From contig JAVHPP010000022.1 in NCBI GenBank assembly GCA_036170655.1, forward strand, positions 1-20,279: a DNA stretch of 20,279 bases, given 5' to 3'. The stretch comes from Candidatus Zixiibacteriota bacterium. GTDB lineage: Bacteria; Zixibacteria; MSB-5A5; WJJR01. Below the pieces are notes generated by a model. That model saw nothing but the letters and a program-made list of their open reading frames with translations. It had not been told where the DNA came from and made no database searches. The position numbers were made by a program, and so were the translations under genes. This document shows positions 18,143 to 20,279 of the stretch, in pieces (position 1 is the first letter of the stretch; every line of letters starts with the position of its first letter).

Positions 18143-20074
18143 GATCTGCTCCGCCACATACTGCGCGATGTCCTTCACCTGAACCTGATCCCCGCGTCCC
18201 AGATCGTTGGTTGCATCGCGAATCATGATCTGACAGAAGGGGCAGGCGACGGCGATCTTGTTCGCGCCGGTGGCGAGAAGCTCCTCGGTGCGCTCGCGGT
18301 TGACGCGTTTGCCCTTGGTCTCCTCGGCAAATATCATCGCCCCGCCGGCGCCGCAGCAGAATGATTTCTCGCGGGTGCGCCCCGGTTCGAGAGGCGCGTG
18401 GCCTGAAGCGGCGGACAACAGATCGCGCGGATTCTCGATGTCGCCTTTGCGGCCATAACGAGACAAGTAGCAGGGGTCGTGGTAGACGATACTTCCAGGG
18501 TGCCCCACAGCTTGCTGTGGGAATCCGTCCCCTTTTGAGTCGCGCGATCGATCGGGTACGACATCCTGAGTATCCCACGGCGAGCCGTGGGGCGCCCGGC
18601 TCTTGCCATCGAGCGTGATCTTCCCCGACGCCAGAAGTTGCTCGATCAATCGTGAGTGATGGATGATTTCGATATCCGGATCCAAACCGAAGTCCTTGTA
18701 TTCAGACAACGTGCGCACGCAATGCGGACAAGTGGCGACGATCTTCTTGACGCCTGCCGCTTTCAGCATCGCGACATTGGCGGTCGACAGTTCGGTGAAG
18801 AGATATTCGTTGCCGGCGCGACGCGCCGCATCGCCGGTGCATTGCTCATCGGGCAAGACACCGTAGGAGACACCTGCAGTTTCGAGGATCTTTTTGAATG
18901 CCAGAGATACTTTGCGGTACTGAACATCGAAACGCGCCAGGCAACCCATCCAATAGAGCCATTCGTGGCCGCTGTATTTTGGATAGTGATTCGCGGCGAT
19001 GAACTCGTGCGCCTGCGGGGTTGGGTACGCCCACGGGTTGTGTAGGCGTTCGAGATTACCAAAGAAGGTGTTGAATGTGTGTGGGACTTTGCCTTCGGCG
19101 GTCATGCCGCGACGGGTCTCGAGGATGGGAATCACCTGATCGATGCCGACGGGACACTGAAATGTGCACGCTCCGCACGTGGTGCACTGCCAGAGGATTT
19201 CTTCGTCGATGGTCGCTCCCACAATCGCCTGCTGGGGATCCTTGAGGAATCCGTCGCGCAGATCGAGCATGAGTTTCTTGGGATCGAGCAGCTTGCCTGT
19301 GAGTCGTGCCGGGCAGTTGTCGTAGCAGCGGCCACATTCGACACAGGTAAACGCCCCCAGCGCCGTGTGTGCATTCAGATCGGAGAGCTTCGTTGCCCCG
19401 AACTCCTCTTTTTCAAAGTCCAGCGGCCGGATGCGGGCAAGCTCGAAATCCTTGAGGAACGTCGTGACCGGCGACAAGACCAAATGCAGGTGTTTGGAAC
19501 GCGGGATCAGCGCCATGAAGGCGAGAATAGTCAGCGCGTGAATCCACCAGTTGGCACGGGCTGCGGTGGTCGATGGGTCAGCAAAGACATAGAGGTCGAG
19601 CAAGTACGTGACCATCAGAACCTCGATGAACAACGCCACGATGCCCGATTCAAGTTTGACTTTGCCCAGTGCGGCAGGCCTGGTGATATAGCGGCGCAGG
19701 GCCAGGCCGGTGATTCCGACAATCACGGCGATGGCGAAGACAGCGACGATCGTGGTGATGATTGCGTGCAGAGCGCCATGACCCAGGAGCGAACCGCCAT
19801 ATCCGCGGACAAAGTGATCGATCGTCACCGGCACAAAGGCGAGGAATCCCCAGAAGACCAGCGCATGCATGAGGCCGGCAAAAGGCCTCTGGGATATGAT
19901 CTTGCTCTGAAAGAGGACCTCCCCGGTGAACCGCCAGAGGCGTCGGCCGATCTGATCGGCATGGAAACCGCGCGATGTTGCGTGGATGCGGCGCAGACGG
20001 AACACGATCGGCTGAAAAAACAGCCACAGTCCGGCCAGTATGGCAAGGGTGAGGATGATACGCCCGGCAATCAC
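18128..20074 (-). CDS. Membrane Fe-S oxidoreductase, FadF/HdrF-like (NarI-like membrane domain, 4Fe-4S dicluster, two CCG domains)
   Basis: TM helices with His (MHALVFWGF, WWIH, SKHLH), CVECGRCYDNCP and CTTCGACTFQCP, plus WMGC, CTGD, TCPHC, YHDPCYL, CCGAGG and ACPFC. GGAGG RBS with GTG start. Confidence 0.92.
   Translation of the reverse strand: MIAGRIILTLAILAGLWLFFQPIVFRLRRIHATSRGFHADQIGRRLWRFTGEVLFQSKIISQRPFAGLMHALVFWGFLAFVPVTIDHFVRGYGGSLLGHGALHAIITTIVAVFAIAVIVGITGLALRRYITRPAALGKVKLESGIVALFIEVLMVTYLLDLYVFADPSTTAARANWWIHALTILAFMALIPRSKHLHLVLSPVTTFLKDFELARIRPLDFEKEEFGATKLSDLNAHTALGAFTCVECGRCYDNCPARLTGKLLDPKKLMLDLRDGFLKDPQQAIVGATIDEEILWQCTTCGACTFQCPVGIDQVIPILETRRGMTAEGKVPHTFNTFFGNLERLHNPWAYPTPQAHEFIAANHYPKYSGHEWLYWMGCLARFDVQYRKVSLAFKKILETAGVSYGVLPDEQCTGDAARRAGNEYLFTELSTANVAMLKAAGVKKIVATCPHCVRTLSEYKDFGLDPDIEIIHHSRLIEQLLASGKITLDGKSRAPHGSPWDTQDVVPDRSRDSKGDGFPQQAVGHPGSIVYHDPCYLSRYGRKGDIENPRDLLSAASGHAPLEPGRTREKSFCCGAGGAMIFAEETKGKRVNRERTEELLATGANKIAVACPFCQIMIRDATNDLGRGDQVQVKDIAQYVAEQIKDEG
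18498..18597. repeat. REP-like inverted doublet inserted in frame inside the Fe-S gene
   Basis: GGGTGCCCCACAGCTTGCTGTGGGA (18498-18522) and an inverted copy at 18573-18597 (reverse complement GGGCGCCCCACGGCTCGCCGTGGGA), 21/25 identical. Each unit is itself a palindrome with 8-bp arms. Confidence 0.8.
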
Positions 20075-20150
20075 CGTCTATCCTCCATCTCCGAATCAGT
20101 GCACCAGCGAGTGAGAACTGTGATCATACGGTTGCTGACAGCACAGAGGA

Positions 20151-20171
20151 CAAGGGGCTTAAAGCCCCTTG
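20151..20171. repeat. Perfect palindrome, REP-like
   Basis: CAAGGGGCTT-A-AAGCCCCTTG, intergenic upstream of the Fe-S gene. Confidence 0.6.
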
Positions 20172-20227
20172 CCTGGCCGTTGTTGTTTGCCGTCCTGTGT
20201 TGAGCCGCCACCCGACACCGGTTCACC

Positions 20228-20279
20228 CTACTCTTCGATGAGCCGGAAGCCAAGTTTGACGATCGCCTGGTATTCCGAG
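20228..20279 (-). CDS. 3' end of a probable dodecin-family (flavin-binding) protein, truncated by the window edge
   Basis: Minus strand reads ...SEYQAIVKLGFRLIEE*, resembling the dodecin C-terminus (YQVxxKVGFRLE). Only 16 codons are visible. Confidence 0.45.
   Translation of the reverse strand, partial: SEYQAIVKLGFRLIEE

Noticed and set aside
19079..20203. 374-aa + strand ORF
   Set aside because: Antisense to the Fe-S oxidoreductase.

Overview
GC-rich bacterial chromosome segment spanning the replication origin. The gene content (kinase-TolB-TPR protein, GWxTD-like proteins) suggests a Zixibacteria/FCB-like lineage, but this is inference only. From left to right: (1) trailer end of a type I-C-like CRISPR array with 13 identical 34-bp repeats, duplicated spacers and a final 29-bp repeat that looks like type I-E; (2) membrane Ser/Thr kinase with TPRs; (3) DnaA-box clusters on both sides of dnaA; (4) dnaN; (5) two tandem exported paralogs resembling divergent GWxTD proteins where recF usually sits; (6) dciA (DUF721) and gyrB with no adjacent gyrA; (7) minus-strand SAM methyltransferase, CNNM/CBS protein and htpX; (8) probably leaderless YkgJ-like gene; (9) four-helix-bundle gene bracketed by 31-bp inverted heptamer arrays; (10) FadF/HdrF-like Fe-S oxidoreductase carrying an in-frame REP-doublet insertion; (11) probable dodecin 3' end. 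The most notable items are the I-C/I-E hybrid array end, the inverted-repeat-bounded four-helix-bundle cassette, the coding REP insertion and the GWxTD-like pair in the recF position.
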